64,000 nucleotides of DNA from Lama guanicoe (taxonomy: Eukaryota). The translations under genes and the position numbers were made by a program. The DNA is taken from assembly GCA_013239625.1 (NCBI GenBank), contig MU053881.1:12042879-12106878 (forward strand). The letters run 5' to 3'. The notes beneath the pieces were generated by a model that was not told the DNA's origin, ran no database searches, and saw only the letters and a program-made list of their open reading frames with translations. Shown here piece by piece: positions 26,599-39,440 of the stretch. Within the stretch, counting starts at the first letter, position 1; each line of letters opens with the position of its first letter.

Positions 26599-27424
26599 CT
26601 GAACGTCTTCTTCACATGAATGGCAAAGTAAGATTTTTGTCAAAGAATCTCAGAGTTGAAATTATCTTGTTCAACCCTCTATATATGTCTAATGAAGTGA
26701 TCTTGTATATGCCTCTTGCATATTATTCTTCTGACTGAGAACTTTCTTTTTGCAAGGTAGCCATTCAAATTGGGATTTGTATAAATAACCAGCACAGGCT
26801 TCCGTATCTGTAATATTCTTAACTGAAAACCTTCTGTTACCAAATACGAAAAAATTCTAGACGGAATATTAAAAAGTCTTTTAAAAGTATACCCATGTAT
26901 ACGTGTTTTGCGCATTCATTTGGATCTCCCCAGCAGACAATAAAAGAAAACTGGAAAGCAGAGGGGCTGTCACATGAGTTGACTCCATGGAAGGTGTATG
27001 GAGAGTTACTGCTCTCATAAGCAAGGGATTTAGGATTTAGAGGTCATGAGAATACACAAGAGGAAGAGATGTTACTACATAGATTCTTACGTGAAGGCAT
27101 GACATTTGAGTGGTTTTTAAAGCAGTAAAATGCTATTAAATGAGTTAAATGGTTCAAGGAAGAGGTTCAAGGAAGTGAAAAGGAACCTTAAGGATGGATT
27201 CTGATTGGAAACAAAAATTTTTCCTTGAGAAGTCATAGGACAGAGGTTCAGATTTAAACTACATGCTTGATCTGGACCCTACCAAGCCAAAAATAAATAA
27301 ATAAATAACATTAAAGGGGCAATGATAATCACCTGGGGCATCTGGCAGACGTGGATGCAAACCTCCTTAAAAGATTAATTATCAGAGATCAAGGTCTTCT
27401 AACAATAAGTCCACAAAGCACCAA

Positions 27425-27926
27425 TGTTACTGAGTCTAAACTCATTCTACTCAGTGCACAACAGGCCAATAAATCGGGAGATGAGGTGCTGGGGCAAGGA
27501 ATATCGATTTTATTCAGAAAGTCAGCAGACTGAGAATATGGAGGATGAATGTTCTAAAGAACCATCTTCCCCAAGGCAGAATTCAGGCTCCTTTTATACT
27601 AAAGGGAAGGGGTGTGGTTGGTTGTTGCAGAATTCTTTGTCCTTGAAACTGTCCATGTAGCTCAGGTGATGATGGTCCTGTAAACCCCCAACAGGACAAA
27701 TGTTACTTTCTCTTCTGCAACCTTTTATCTCTATATGAATGGAATAGGGTTATACCCTTGAAGGTCAGAGCCTTGAGAATGGACTACCCTGTATATTTTA
27801 GGCTATAGGCAACATTCTTTTACAAGAGGTGCAGAATCAGCATGACTAAGCACAGAAAACAGAGCACAGGGTTAGATCTAAAGGAACAGATCTAATATGG
27901 AGTCAGATTTGTTCTTCCCTATTACA
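27425..27926 (-). mobile_element. ERV1-type solo LTR
   Basis: TGTTA...TTACA ends; minus-strand TATAAAAG (27591-27598) upstream of AATAAA (27509-27514); 4-bp flanks ccaa/cgaa. Confidence 0.85.
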
Positions 27927-27929
27927 CGA

Positions 27930-28835
27930 AGATGCAGAATAGACAAGGAAACAGAAGACCATGAAGGAAGTCAGTAGACCCAACAAACACACAAGACTTC
28001 AGATAATAAAGCTATTGGAATTAAGTGTTTTGAAATGATTATATTTATGGGAAAGGAAAATTGAAGGAACAAGCTATACTAAAAAAAAAAGACGTAACTT
28101 TAAAAACCTGGCAAAACTGAAAGAGAAACAAGTTAAATTTCTGGAAATAAACAAAACAAAATCACTAAAAAGAGACTTAGTAAACTAGGTATGTAAACAA
28201 ATCACCTAGCAGTGAGTACACATAAATAGAAAAATTCCTGGAAGAAAAGCTAAGAGACATCAACAAAAGAATGAGAAGACCCAATATATCCTTGGTAGGA
28301 GTACAAAACACAAAGAATTGGGTGAAGGTGATAGACTGAACACTGCAACTGAGAATTTCCTGTAACCGCCTAAATGCAAGAATCCTTAGCCTCAGGAAAC
28401 AAACAGAATAAAATGGAAGAAGAGTAAAATAAAATCTACGCCTGGATACACTGAAAATAAACACAAAGAACAACTCTTAAAAAAGTGGCCACAGAGAATG
28501 AAACAATAATTTAAAACAAAAAATTGTATCTTTAATACATTTTCTCAGCAGCAACAACGGGTGGAGCCCAGACTATCTGGAATAAAATTAATGTATTGAA
28601 AGAAATTACTGACAATCACTACCCAGCTAAACTATTTATAATTCTAGAATTAGGGAAAAAAATAAAAGAATTTTCAGTAAAAAAATAAAAATAAAAGAGA
28701 AGGGGTTTGCTATAGGAACTACTAAATGATGCACTTCATGGAAGAGGAAGTTAAATTTAGAAGGAGTGAGTAACAAGGAAAAATGGTGAGAAGCGCAAGT
28801 GGTATGTGACCACTAAGTCTGAAGAAGTCTTAACT
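27930..28835 (+). mobile_element. Highly degraded old L1 ORF1 region
   Basis: A-rich strand bias; 'atgagaagacccaatata...taggagt', 'ttctcagcagcaacaa', 'acccagctaaactat' ORF1-type motifs. Confidence 0.6.
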
Positions 28836-28838
28836 ATA

Positions 28839-29212
28839 TGTATAAGTCTGCTCTGGCTAGCAGAACAAAATACCACAGACTGGGTGGCTTATACAACAGA
28901 AATTTATTCTCTCACAGTTCTGGAGGCTGCAAGTCCAACATAAAGGTATTGGCACGGTTGGGTGAGATCTCCCCTTGGCTTGCAGATGGCCATCTTCCCT
29001 CTGTGTCCTCACAGTACTACTTCTCTCTGCACATATACTCCTGGTATCTCTTCCTCCTTTTGTAAGGACACCATTCCTACTAGATTGAGGCCACCCTTAT
29101 GATCTCATTTAACCTTAAGTATCTCCTCAAAGGCCTTATCTCCAAATACATTTACATTGGGAGTTAGGGCTTCAGCCTATTAATTTGGGGGCACACAATT
29201 CAGTTTCTAACA
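28839..29212 (-). mobile_element. MLT1B-like solo LTR
   Basis: 'aaaataccacagactgggtggctta...aacagaaatttattctctcacagttctggaggct'; TG...CA ends; flanks ctata/ctcta. Confidence 0.92.
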
Positions 29213-29739
29213 CTCTATAAGATGGCAATAGAGTTAATTTCCAAAGGTAAAATTAAAATACCAGAAAGCAATATATAAAAGTATTTGCCTTTGATTTCTT
29301 CAGAAGGAAAAAGTGATATAAATTAGTTTTCGATTTCATGTCAACTATGCATATTAAGTTTTTAAAATATAGATATAAAATAGAGAAATTCCAAATAGAG
29401 GAGGGAAAAGTAAAAGTAAAATATTGTCCTAATCTAAAAGGACACATAAAAAGAATCATAGATAAAAAGAATCCATTTACATTCACCCTTAACATTCTAG
29501 AGGAAATACAAAAATATCATAAGTCTACTGATGATTTTGTAAGAAAAGTATGGAATATTCAGCCCTGAAACTAAACAAAAGCAGGAGCCCAGAAAGACAA
29601 GCAGAATACCGAAGGTCACTTTCACCTTCAAGGACTTGGCTGAACCAAGTGAACTTAACCTTTGGTTTGCATGGTTTCAAGAGTCATGAAGCATAGACGA
29701 ATGTAAGCTACCAAGTGTAGAAGTAATGACAGCATTATA

Positions 29740-30260
29740 AAATCAGAATTTTGCGGCTCCAGTACAGTAGTACCTGATTCAAACAAGGAGCATCAACCTC
29801 ATAAGGTTAAGATGTTGCTAGGGAATAGAATATTTGCATCTTGCCCAAGTATCATGCTATAGATTAATTTGTTAATTTAAAAAATAAAACTAAAGTAAGC
29901 CTTAACAAAGATGAAGTATGACGGTCACCACTTTAACCCAATGGTCAAGGCTAGCACCATCAACAGACAGAGACAACCCAAGTGCACCCTCATGAGAGAA
30001 ACAAGAGCATATAGCATTACCTGTGATGTATTCTTGCCAAAACCTGCATCCACAGTGCAAGAAAATCTACAGATTTATCCTCTAGGTTATAAGAAAGACA
30101 AGGCATAGACAAATTCACACTCTAGGAAAAGAAAGAGATCAGTATAGAATGGAGGCTTTCTGTCTAACAACTGGCCAGGACTTTTCACAAGTCAATGTCA
30201 TTTAAAAGACATAGAAAAGGTGAGGGCCTGGTCTAGATTAAATGAAACTAAAAGGGAAAT
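29740..30260 (+). mobile_element. Old L1 (L1MC/ME-like) 3'UTR
   Basis: 'caccactttaacccaatggtcaagg', 'gtattcttgccaaaa', 'aacaactggcc...aagtcaatgtcat'. Confidence 0.7.
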
Positions 30261-30313
30261 TTCCTTATAAGATGTATGATTTACAAATATTTTCTCCCAT
30301 TCTATAGAATGGA

Positions 30314-30554
30314 ATATGGTCTTTGTTGCAACTACTCAACTCTGCTCTTGTAGCATGAAAGCAGACACAGAAAATATGTAAATGAGTAAGTGTAGCTGTG
30401 TCCCACCTGAAAATTTAAATTTCATATAATTTTCACATCATGAAATAGTCATCTTTTGATGTTTTCAATCATTAATAAACCTATCTATCAGGCCATAAAA
30501 AATCTGGTGGCAGGCTGGATTTGCCCCGGATAGGCCATAATTTGCTGAGTCCTG
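30314..30554. mobile_element. MER58B-like hAT-Charlie MITE
   Basis: 'ttgcaactactcaactctgc...tgtagcatgaaagcag', 'ggcaggctggatttg...ccataatttgctgagtcctg'. Confidence 0.85.
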
Positions 30555-30976
30555 GCATAAACCAACAGACAACACAACAGCCAGACAAGATCTACAGGTA
30601 TAATTTGGAACATCAGGTGGTTAAAAAAAAAAAAAACTCCCATTTAAAAATCAGGAGAATTCACATAAAATCCTCGCTTTCTTCTTCTCCTATAAAATCT
30701 GAAGATATGGCAATATTGGGCCCATATGACAAAATTCCCACAATGAAATAACCTACCACTTGCCTGCCTACTTCAACCTTATAGTCCTTTGAGTACATGA
30801 TTCAGGTTTCTTACCCCCTAAATTTTCTGTTGAATTCTTTCAACAATTCCTCAGGGCACAGTTTCTCAACTTTCTGCTATCTCAACCCTCTTCCTTTGTA
30901 CCAGCTCCACTCGCTCCTAAAATATGGCACCCAATACAAAACAAAATGCTCTACATACTTAGCACAGACCTTACAG

Positions 30977-31153
30977 CAGTGGTCCTTAGCCCTGGCTGTC
31001 TATTAAGTCATCTGGAGCTACTTTGAGGGACAATTCCAGTACTTGGGTTCTACCCGAAACCAATTTAATCATATGCATTGCGACTGGGGTCCAAGTGTCA
31101 GTATTTAAAACACCTCAGCTGATTTCAATGTGACACCAAGCCCAGAACCACTG
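30977..31153. mobile_element. MER5A-like MITE
   Basis: cagtggtcct...agaaccactg inverted termini, about 177 bp. Confidence 0.75.
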
Positions 31154-31449
31154 AACTGGAGCAATTTAACATTATATCACCTACTTTTTCTGGGGTTTAT
31201 GTATTTAAACCAGTTCTGAGATTTTAAACTGAGAAAAAAAAATCCAGTAAACTTCTATTTATCTAGAATAGTTAGAAATTGTGGAATATTTCTGTTTAAC
31301 TTTTATTTCCCAATTTCACTCATTCAACAAGAATTTATTAAGCACCTACTAATTTCTATACACTAGGCTTGATTAGATAGTTACAGTGGGAATAGCTTGT
31401 TAATTCTCATTTCAGTTTGTTGACTGGCACTGAATTCATACTACATTAA

Positions 31450-31690
31450 CTGCTACCAGCTACTGAACACCTGCCTGTGTGGCAGACTTTGTGCCAGGTA
31501 TTCTTCAGGAATTTCTTGGTTTTTTAATTCCAGCAACATACTACTGTACATACACACTTACCACCTCCCAAATACAAATATGGATTCTGAAGCTCAATAG
31601 GGTTAGAAACTTCTTCATGGTTCTGCAACTAATCATCTGTACATGCTGGGATTTGAACCAAGATTCCAGAGCCAAATTATCTACCTCTCT
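31450..31690 (-). mobile_element. MIR SINE
   Basis: 'tactgaacacctgcctgtgtggcagac', 'ctgaagctcaatagggttag', 'gctgggatttgaaccaag'. Confidence 0.7.
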
Positions 31691-31811
31691 GCTAACCTCC
31701 CTTTCTATATGATAAACAACAATGCACACCAAACATATTTTAATGCTATGAAGTGCTTCAAGGTCATGCAGTGATTTAGGATCAACTCTTAACAACCAAA
31801 ACCATAATTCG

Positions 31812-31942
31812 TAGGGAGATCATATATTCTAGTTTGCCTACGACACACCTGGTTTTTGCCTATTTCCCGGCAAACATATTAATAGACCAATGTTTACCCT
31901 CAAAAGTCTCCTGGTTTAGACAATAAATTATACAGCCACCCA
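31812..31942. mobile_element. MER94-like hAT-Blackjack MITE
   Basis: 'tagggagatcatat...ctcaaaagtctcctggtttagacaataaattatacagccaccc'. Confidence 0.75.
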
Positions 31943-33739
31943 GTTTTACAAGGTTATAGACAAGTACAGTGCCAGTAAACTCTAGGCACTCAAAATTTGC
32001 TGTTGTTTAACAAATAAAGGAATGACGGTAAAGGTAAGAATTTACATCCTGCCTACATCTTGGCAAGTTTATGTCTAAGGAAAGTCACCCACAGCAGTGT
32101 GTTTATCATGTGCTGTTCTCAAAATTTCAGTATAAGGCATTCCTACATAGTGGACCATTCAGAAAGGATTTTACAATTAAAGAAGGATTGCTTTAGTTGT
32201 TATGACTGCCTGTTTATCAATGAAATAAGTATTACTGACTAGCACTACATTTTAAACATGGCTAATTTTGGAAGCTTCCTGCCTTGTGAGAATACTTGTG
32301 GGGTTCCTGGAATGTTCTCATGTGAGAAAAGGGATTTAAATAGGTACAAGTCTCCTTTTTCTGGAGTGGCCTAAGGGACAACTCAGTAGAGATGGGAGTT
32401 TTTCCACTTATAGGAGACATCCTGTCCTGGACCATATCTAACACCCCATTATAATGTGAAAGGATGTCGGGGCTAGGGACTTGCTGTCCATTGCTCCAAT
32501 CACTCTGAATAACTCATCCTCAACATATGAGACCATTATAAAGCCTCACAACAAGTAACTACTCGTGTACTATTAAAATCATAAGTAGGTGAGAATGGAG
32601 ATGAATTTGCACGTGAGCCTGCATTTATTCCTGTTGCAGGTGTTTCCTATGTAATGAAATGAAATGAAATGTTTTCAGAGTTCTAAGAACGTCACTGATG
32701 CAAATTTTATACTTTCTCCCATCACATATCCTTCTCCCAAACTGTCCATCCTCTTCCTTGGCTTGTATTTTTCACCCTGTGACTACAGTTACATTATGTA
32801 TTAAAAAGTAGTAAAATGTTCCCACTTGGAAAAAAAATACAGAAAGATATGTTTCTCTAGTCACTTATGATTAGCTTTAATCTGGCTCTCCAGAGGGAAA
32901 GGACACGACATTGAACATCGAGTCTTTCTATTCAGAAAGCTGATCCTTAATAGTGCTAAGAAAAAAAAAATGATTCTTTTGATCTTGTATTTTAATCTTA
33001 AATTTTAATTTGCACCATACAATTTTAATAACTGTCCTCTAGGTTTCAAAGCGAATAGAATTAAGTATTTTGCGCACGCTGCATATTACACATGTAACTT
33101 CAGATTCCTTTGTATCTGCAAGAGCTTTGAAGACTGCTTATTAAATTAGTAATGACCACCAGTCAAGGGCTGTCAACCTCTCTGTATACTCATGAGTCTT
33201 GGCCACAAATCAAAAATAGATACTCAACTCCTTTTTGTTCCCGAGCATAATATAATGATATGGCTATGATCAACAAACCCTGTGTTTCACATGGGGTTGT
33301 AAATAACCGTTATCTCTCGCTTTTTCCAGGCTCTGATTATTATACACAAATGAATAAAGATGTCAGTCAATTGCTTATATAAACAAAAGGCTGATGATCA
33401 AATTCTAACACTACATAAATAGGACCACTTCCGAGCAGCACGCTTCCCATCTGTATTATCCTAATCTAAGGCAACATTAACATTCCAACAATGGAAAGAC
33501 TTCCACAGCCCAAGCCTATTTAGAAATGGCTATTTCATTTTTCTGTTTTGCTTTTTTGTTTTACAATTAAAGAATACAGTTTAAAGAAATTATATCTTAT
33601 ACTCCTTGAATGCATGTGAGAGAAGATGAGTCTGAGTGTATATATTTATAATTCAATTTGGTAGCAAATATTAAAAAGACCCCAATGTGTAATACAATTG
33701 GCAAATGTTTTCTATTTTTTTCCAAGAAAGTACACTTCT

Positions 33740-34430
33740 GTTCATTCGTTCCCTCAAGGAAAATATACTGATTACATATAATGGATAAACAACTGGTTTC
33801 TACTGTATAGCACAGAGAACTCTATTCAATATCTTGTAGTAATGTATAATGAAGAAGAATACGAAAAGGAATGTATGTACGTATACGTATGACTGAAACA
33901 TCAGGCTGCACACCAAAAATTGACACAACCTTGTAAACTGACTATGCTTCCATAAGAGGAATTAATAAACAACAACAAAAAGAGAAAATACAGAGAACTT
34001 GCTCTATGTTATGAACAGTGCTAGGAGCTGAGGAAATATACATTTTATAAAACAAGGACTTTTGTCCAGGAATCCACTGTTTACTAGGAAAGATAAACAA
34101 GAACTCAACGAGTTCCATAAAAGCCCTGTAAGTGAAAGAATGGAGCAAGGACAAGAGACCCAAACAAAGATGATGGAGTTCTGCATTCAAGAGGCAGAAG
34201 CTCCAGTGAGGACAAAAAGCTTGAGTTACAGCCTGAAGCACAAGGAGGAGCCCACCAAGTAGAGAAGGGGGACAAAGGCATTCCAGGAAGATCTTGAGAG
34301 ACAGGAAAAAGATACAGAGGTATGGCATGGAACACCCATTAAGGGCTTTCTCAGTTATCAGTATTGCTATAGGACAAGCAGGAGAAATAGGAGATGTCGG
34401 CTGGACAGGGAATCAGGATTCTATGTGTCT
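33740..34430 (-). mobile_element. L2 3' region interrupted by a short L1
   Basis: 'ttcattcgttc', 'acagtgctaggagctgag' antisense L2 tail motifs. Confidence 0.65.
33772..33983 (+). mobile_element. Lineage-specific L1 3'UTR fragment
   Basis: 'ctactgtatagcacagagaactctattcaatatcttgta', 'gacacaaccttgtaaactgactat', A-rich tail. Confidence 0.88.
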
Positions 34431-34742
34431 GTGCACATGCACACACGAATATGGATTTTAGTTCCTGAGAACTACAGTGGCTACCTAAACTGCCTGTATA
34501 TATTTAAAATGTAACCATATAGGAAAAGAGTGCGTCAGCAATTGCTCTTATATTCTCCTGCCACCCTCAGCGCTTCAACAGATCCACCCCCAACACACAT
34601 ATTGTTGGCCCAGAATAAGGTATACAATGAATAGAACCCCTATCTACTGAAGACTTGGTAAAACACAAATTATGACAGACTCAATGCTAATTGAGTGATG
34701 ATTAATGCTAATGCTGATTCAACAAATTATCTGACATACCTT

Positions 34743-36043
34743 GTTTATTGAGTTAGAAACCATACATGGTAAAATTCGATTTTTTTAGTGTAAAGTTTTA
34801 TAAGTTTGCAAAAACACCACTGAATAAGTGTCACGCCAACCAAAATACAGTTCTACTCTCCAATTTCCTTGTCCCCTTTCTAATCACTCCCTTTTTCAAC
34901 CTTCCCCAATCCTCAACCAACTGATCTGTTTTCTGTCCCTATAGTCTTGCCTTTTCCAGAATGTAGTACAAATGGAATCACTCAGTTTGCAGTCTTTTGA
35001 GTCTGGCTTCTTTCATTTAGCTTAATGCTTGTGAGATTCATTAACATATGATGTACATTTATACATACATGTATCAAGAATTCATTCATTTTTATTGCTG
35101 AGTACTTTTCCACTGAATGGATGTACCACACAGTTTATCCATTCATCAAAGATACTGGGTTGTTTCCATATTTTGTCAAATATTAATAAAGCCACTGCAA
35201 AGATTACACAAGACTTTGTGGGTCAACGTAAGTTTTAATTTGTCTTAGGTAAATATTCTGGAGTCGGACTGCTGGGCCATAGAGTAAGCATGTTTTTAAC
35301 TATATACACAGTTGACAAAATGTTTTCCAAAGAGGCTGTACCACTGTGCATCCCCACCAACAATGTATGAAAGGTCCAACTGCTCTGCATTCTCATCAGT
35401 GCTGGGTTTTGTCCAATTTAATTTTTAAGCCATTTTACTAGATACAAAGTATCACAATGTAGTTTTAATTTACATTTCCCTAATGACTAATGATAATGAG
35501 CATCATTTCATGTCATTTTTGCCATCCCTTTATCTTCTCTAGTGAAGTGTCTGTGCAAAACCTGTGCTTATGGGCTGGTTTATCACATTTTGAAAGTTTT
35601 TCATATATTCGGAGTACATGTTTATGCACCTTTGTCAGCTATGAGTTTTGTAAAGATTTCTCTCAGTCACAGGTTTTCATTCTCTAAATAGCATCTTTCA
35701 CAGAGCAGAAGTTTTCAATTTTGATCAAGTCCAGTTAATCATTTTGTTCTTTTATGATTGTGTTTTGACATCATAACTAAGACATATTTATCAACTGAAG
35801 ATCACAAAGATTTTCTTCTAAAAGTTTTCTAACTGTAGGCTTTACATTTAGGTCTAAGAAACATTTTAAGTTAATTCATGTATAAGATGCAATGTATAGC
35901 TCTAGGTTCATTTTTTGCACAACGAGCTCCTATAGTTTGAGCACTGTTTTTTGAAAAGACTCTTTCTCCACTGAATTTCCTTTTGCACTTTTCTCTAAAA
36001 TTGATTGGCTGTGTAGGTAGAATTGGTTTTGGACTCTCTGATA
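34743..36043 (-). mobile_element. Old L1 (L1MB/MC-like) ORF2 end and 3'UTR
   Basis: 'tctggcttctttcatttagc', 'ccccaccaacaatgtatga', 'gttttaatttacatttccctaatgactaatgat', 'ttcacagagcagaagttttcaattttgat'. Confidence 0.9.
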
Positions 36044-36292
36044 TACTTTCTAAAATGTAACTAGTAAGATGATGAAACTCACTGTAGCTCTACTAAGCAA
36101 GCTACCCAATATATATGGGAAAATGAGAAGTCCAAACAGGTAAGTGAAGAGATGGGGAGAAAGAGGCTTAACAGAACATGGGTGGATCTAAAACAATGAA
36201 ATGCTCAGGGTGATAACACAGAGCCATCCTTCTTTGCTAAGGTGCTATTTCCAAGCACGTGGGCCACCTCTCTTTATTAGAAATCAGGTTTG

Positions 36293-36385
36293 TTTTTTTT
36301 TTTTAACAGAGGTATTGGGGATTGAACACAGGACCTTAGGCATGCTAAGCATGTGCTCTACCATTGAGCCATACCCCATCTCCCC
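36293..36385 (-). mobile_element. Camelid tRNA-derived SINE (Vic-1 type, short form)
   Basis: Minus strand GGGGTATGGCTCAATGGTAGAGCACATGCTTAGCATG...GTGTTCAATCCCCAATACCTC plus A-tail. Confidence 0.88.
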
Positions 36386-36979
36386 ACGTTGGATTCTTTT
36401 TCCATGAATTCACTGACCTAAATTGAAGATGACACACCATCCAGGAAAGCAGCAGACAGGAGAACCTGACCCATGTTGGGCAGACCTTTTAGGAGGCAGC
36501 ACACATCTGAGTACCAGGGGATGAATAAAGAACAGCTCCTCATAGCTCTGTGTACACATCTTGCCAGATGTCATTTGTTTGTTTGTTCTTTGTTTTCCCT
36601 TTCTCCTGACTCACTTTACATACACCTGTATGGTGGTGACTCAATGAGTATTCCACTAAAAGACTTCTCAGATTTAAACCCTCTGTTCGTGGGCAAGAGT
36701 TTCCGATACTTAAACTGTCCAAATCCAAATCCTCAGCCAACTTCTACCTGTACCTCATACCCCTTTGTGTGGTTAAGAAAGTAACTCATATAAAAGCTAT
36801 CTTTCATAGGCTATAATTCTCCTTTAATTACATTATAATTAAAAGCAAATTAAAAAACATGCAGATGAATAACTTCATATGTTATTTTTCTTCTGGAAAT
36901 CAGCTTTTTTTTCCTTTAATAATCAGCATAAAATAGAGTAGGAAATTGGTTTGGAGCATTTTGATCATAACCACTGTTT

Positions 36980-37019
36980 TGTGTGTGTGTGTGTGTGTGT
37001 GTGTGTTTGTGTGTGTGTG
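36980..37019. repeat. (TG)n microsatellite
   Basis: Seen directly, one interruption. Confidence 0.95.
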
Positions 37020-38204
37020 CGTCTTTCCCTGAAAGACGCACTCACACAGAGAGCATTTTAATTTTCCATGGTATTGCTATTTTGACCTCTGAGACCTTGC
37101 AAAGTAAAGTATTTATAATCCTGGGCTTTTTTATGGTATTGTTTCAATATTTTTGTAACATTTGTATTTCTTGCTGATGTTTTTGGCATTAAAAATCACT
37201 CAAGCTGTGCTGAAATATAATGGTATTCACTGAACCATACCATGGAAGGATAATTCAGTTCAGTGAGGTTATTCTAGCTCATCATGTACACAAAGGATTG
37301 AAAGAAACTGTAGAAGATTCTCAGTTCTCTACACGGGCAGCACTGAGTCTTTTTTTCCCCCTCTAATAACTTGACATAGAAACCTTCACTTGAATACAGA
37401 AATACCTAGTTTTAAGTCTTTAGAACAAACCAAAGGAACAATACAATAGCCAAGGCATAAAGAAGCAAGTACTGGTGAACAGTTGCTCCAGGTCACTAAT
37501 TTCCTTTACCTGTTACCCAGACAAAAATCAAACCTCAACCAACAGTCAGCTTTCATTCCCAATTTCAAGACATCCCCCTAAGAAACCCCCCAGATTTTAA
37601 GTTTCAAACATGATTAGAGTAGTGGATTGTGCTATGACAGATAAAAACCAGAGATGATTTAATTTCTATATTTTAAGCTGTCCCTAACTATAGATATCCA
37701 TAGTGCCTGAATTTGACTGCTATACTCATACCATTTTGTACATATTTTGCAATTCCTGTCCCAAGAATAGATTAAATCAAAACCTTTCTGACTCTTGTCA
37801 CACTCAGCTTGAGATGTTAATTACAACAGCACCCAATATTATTTGAGTTTTTCTATATTTTCTCTTTGATTGGCTGATCATCCAAGTTTGGCTTTGAGTA
37901 TACAACATAAACTCCTAAGGGATGAAGTATAAAATTTGACTGGTCAAAGCACTAATATTTACATGCTAAATATATATATATGCAGATAGATAGATACAGA
38001 TGATATAATCTCCAAAACACATAAATTTTTATCCAACTCCATGGGACAAATATATTTTGAACTACAAATGATTGCATGGGACCTTCAATTTAGTGTACTC
38101 ATATGACAGAAGCCATAAATTCCTATTGAAGATGAAAAACAGATCTCCCAAGTTTTACTCCCTGTAGATAAGAAAAAGTAAATACTGCTGCAATATTTAA
38201 ATAT

Positions 38205-38356
38205 AGTAGGGTGCTTCAACACATGAGCTCTGGAACCTAACCAACCTAGGTTCAAATGGTGCCCCTGCTATTTATTTCATAAGTGACTTTGACTATGGAC
38301 ATATTTGTCTCTTCAGAGCTCAATTTTGTCATCTGCAAAATAGGCACAGTAGTAAT
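38205..38356 (+). mobile_element. MIR SINE 5' part (3' part resumes at ~39445-39540)
   Basis: 'gagctctggaacc...acctaggttcaaat', 'ctcaattttgtcatctgcaaaatagg'; tail 'aagattaaatgtgaaataa...cagtaagggcccaataaatg'. Confidence 0.7.
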
Positions 38357-38359
38357 TTG

Positions 38360-39440
38360 GTTTCTGGTTCAGTTGCAATAGGACACACTGTAGAGTAATA
38401 CTGACTTAAAATAAGATTGAAGTTTATTTTTCTCTTGAATAATTTGCTGAGCATAATATCCTAATATAGTAGCTGTCTTTATGGTGCTAGTGACGGGGCT
38501 CATTCTACCATGATGTTCTGCCATCCTCAACATATAGCTTCCATATTTTGGTCAAAAAATGCTTATTAGGCTCTTGTTGTCATGTACACATACCAGTCAG
38601 TGAATAAAAGAAAAGGTGGTACAGTAATGATGACCTTTCGCCACCCTCCCCTGTATCTCTTCCCCTTCACAGGGTGACTTTGCAGTGACTCCCATAAAGT
38701 AGTTTCTTTCCCCGCCTCCTGAGTCCAAGAATGCCTTATGATGTACTTTAACTAAGAGAACACATCAGAAACAACATATATGAGTTCTGGATCTAGACGC
38801 CAACTGGTCTTGCATTCTTCCACTTGCTTTGTTGGTACTCTCTCTAGAACCTGACCAACCTATGTTCAAATACTGCTACTGTTTATTTCATGAGTGACTA
38901 TGACTTTGGACAAATTTGTCTCTTTAGAGCTCAATTTTGTAATTATAACTATAAATGAGCCTAGGTCAGTCCTTGGGATGAAGATAGACATGTAGCTCAA
39001 CCATCCTCTTTGCCTCAGCTGATGGTCAGCTCCCAGCCAATCTGATAGCTAACCCCACATGTATAAGCACAGATGATGCTAGAAGAATCTATGAGTTGAT
39101 CTCAGTCCGAACTGCCAACATGCAGAATTATGAGTAAAAATTAAGTATTGTTTTAACCCACAGAAGTTTGGGGTACCTCATTAGGCAGCAAGAGACAAAA
39201 AGGAAAAAAAGGCATCACTTTCCTTTTAATGCTAGGACCCAGAATCTGCACATACCCCTGCCACTCTTGTGTCACTGGGAAGAATTCAGTCACATGACCA
39301 TAGCTGCAAAGGATGGTGGGAAATGCAGTCTTTCACTGAATAGTCGTGTGTCCGGCTACAGCTAGGTTCCTATTACGGAAGGAAGAAGAGGGGAATCTAG
39401 GGAATTTGTACTGGGGGACAACTAGTTAGGTTTCAGTCAC
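38360..39440 (-). mobile_element. Old MLT1 (I/J-like) LTR split by another MLT1 LTR
   Basis: 'gacttaaaataagattgaagtttattttt' and 'agtcacatgaccatagctgcaaaggatggtgggaaatgcagtcttt'. Confidence 0.65.
38616..39197 (+). mobile_element. MLT1 (G/H-like) solo LTR nested in an older LTR
   Basis: 'gtgactttgcag', 'cagaattatgagtaaaa...attgttttaacccac...agtttgggg'; candidate TSD aaaag at 38611-38615 and 39198-39202. Confidence 0.65.

Noticed and set aside
36310..36380. tRNA-Ala-like gene
   Set aside because: Degenerate boxes and an A-tail, with the same head as the TSD-flanked copy at 21875-22025, identify it as a SINE.
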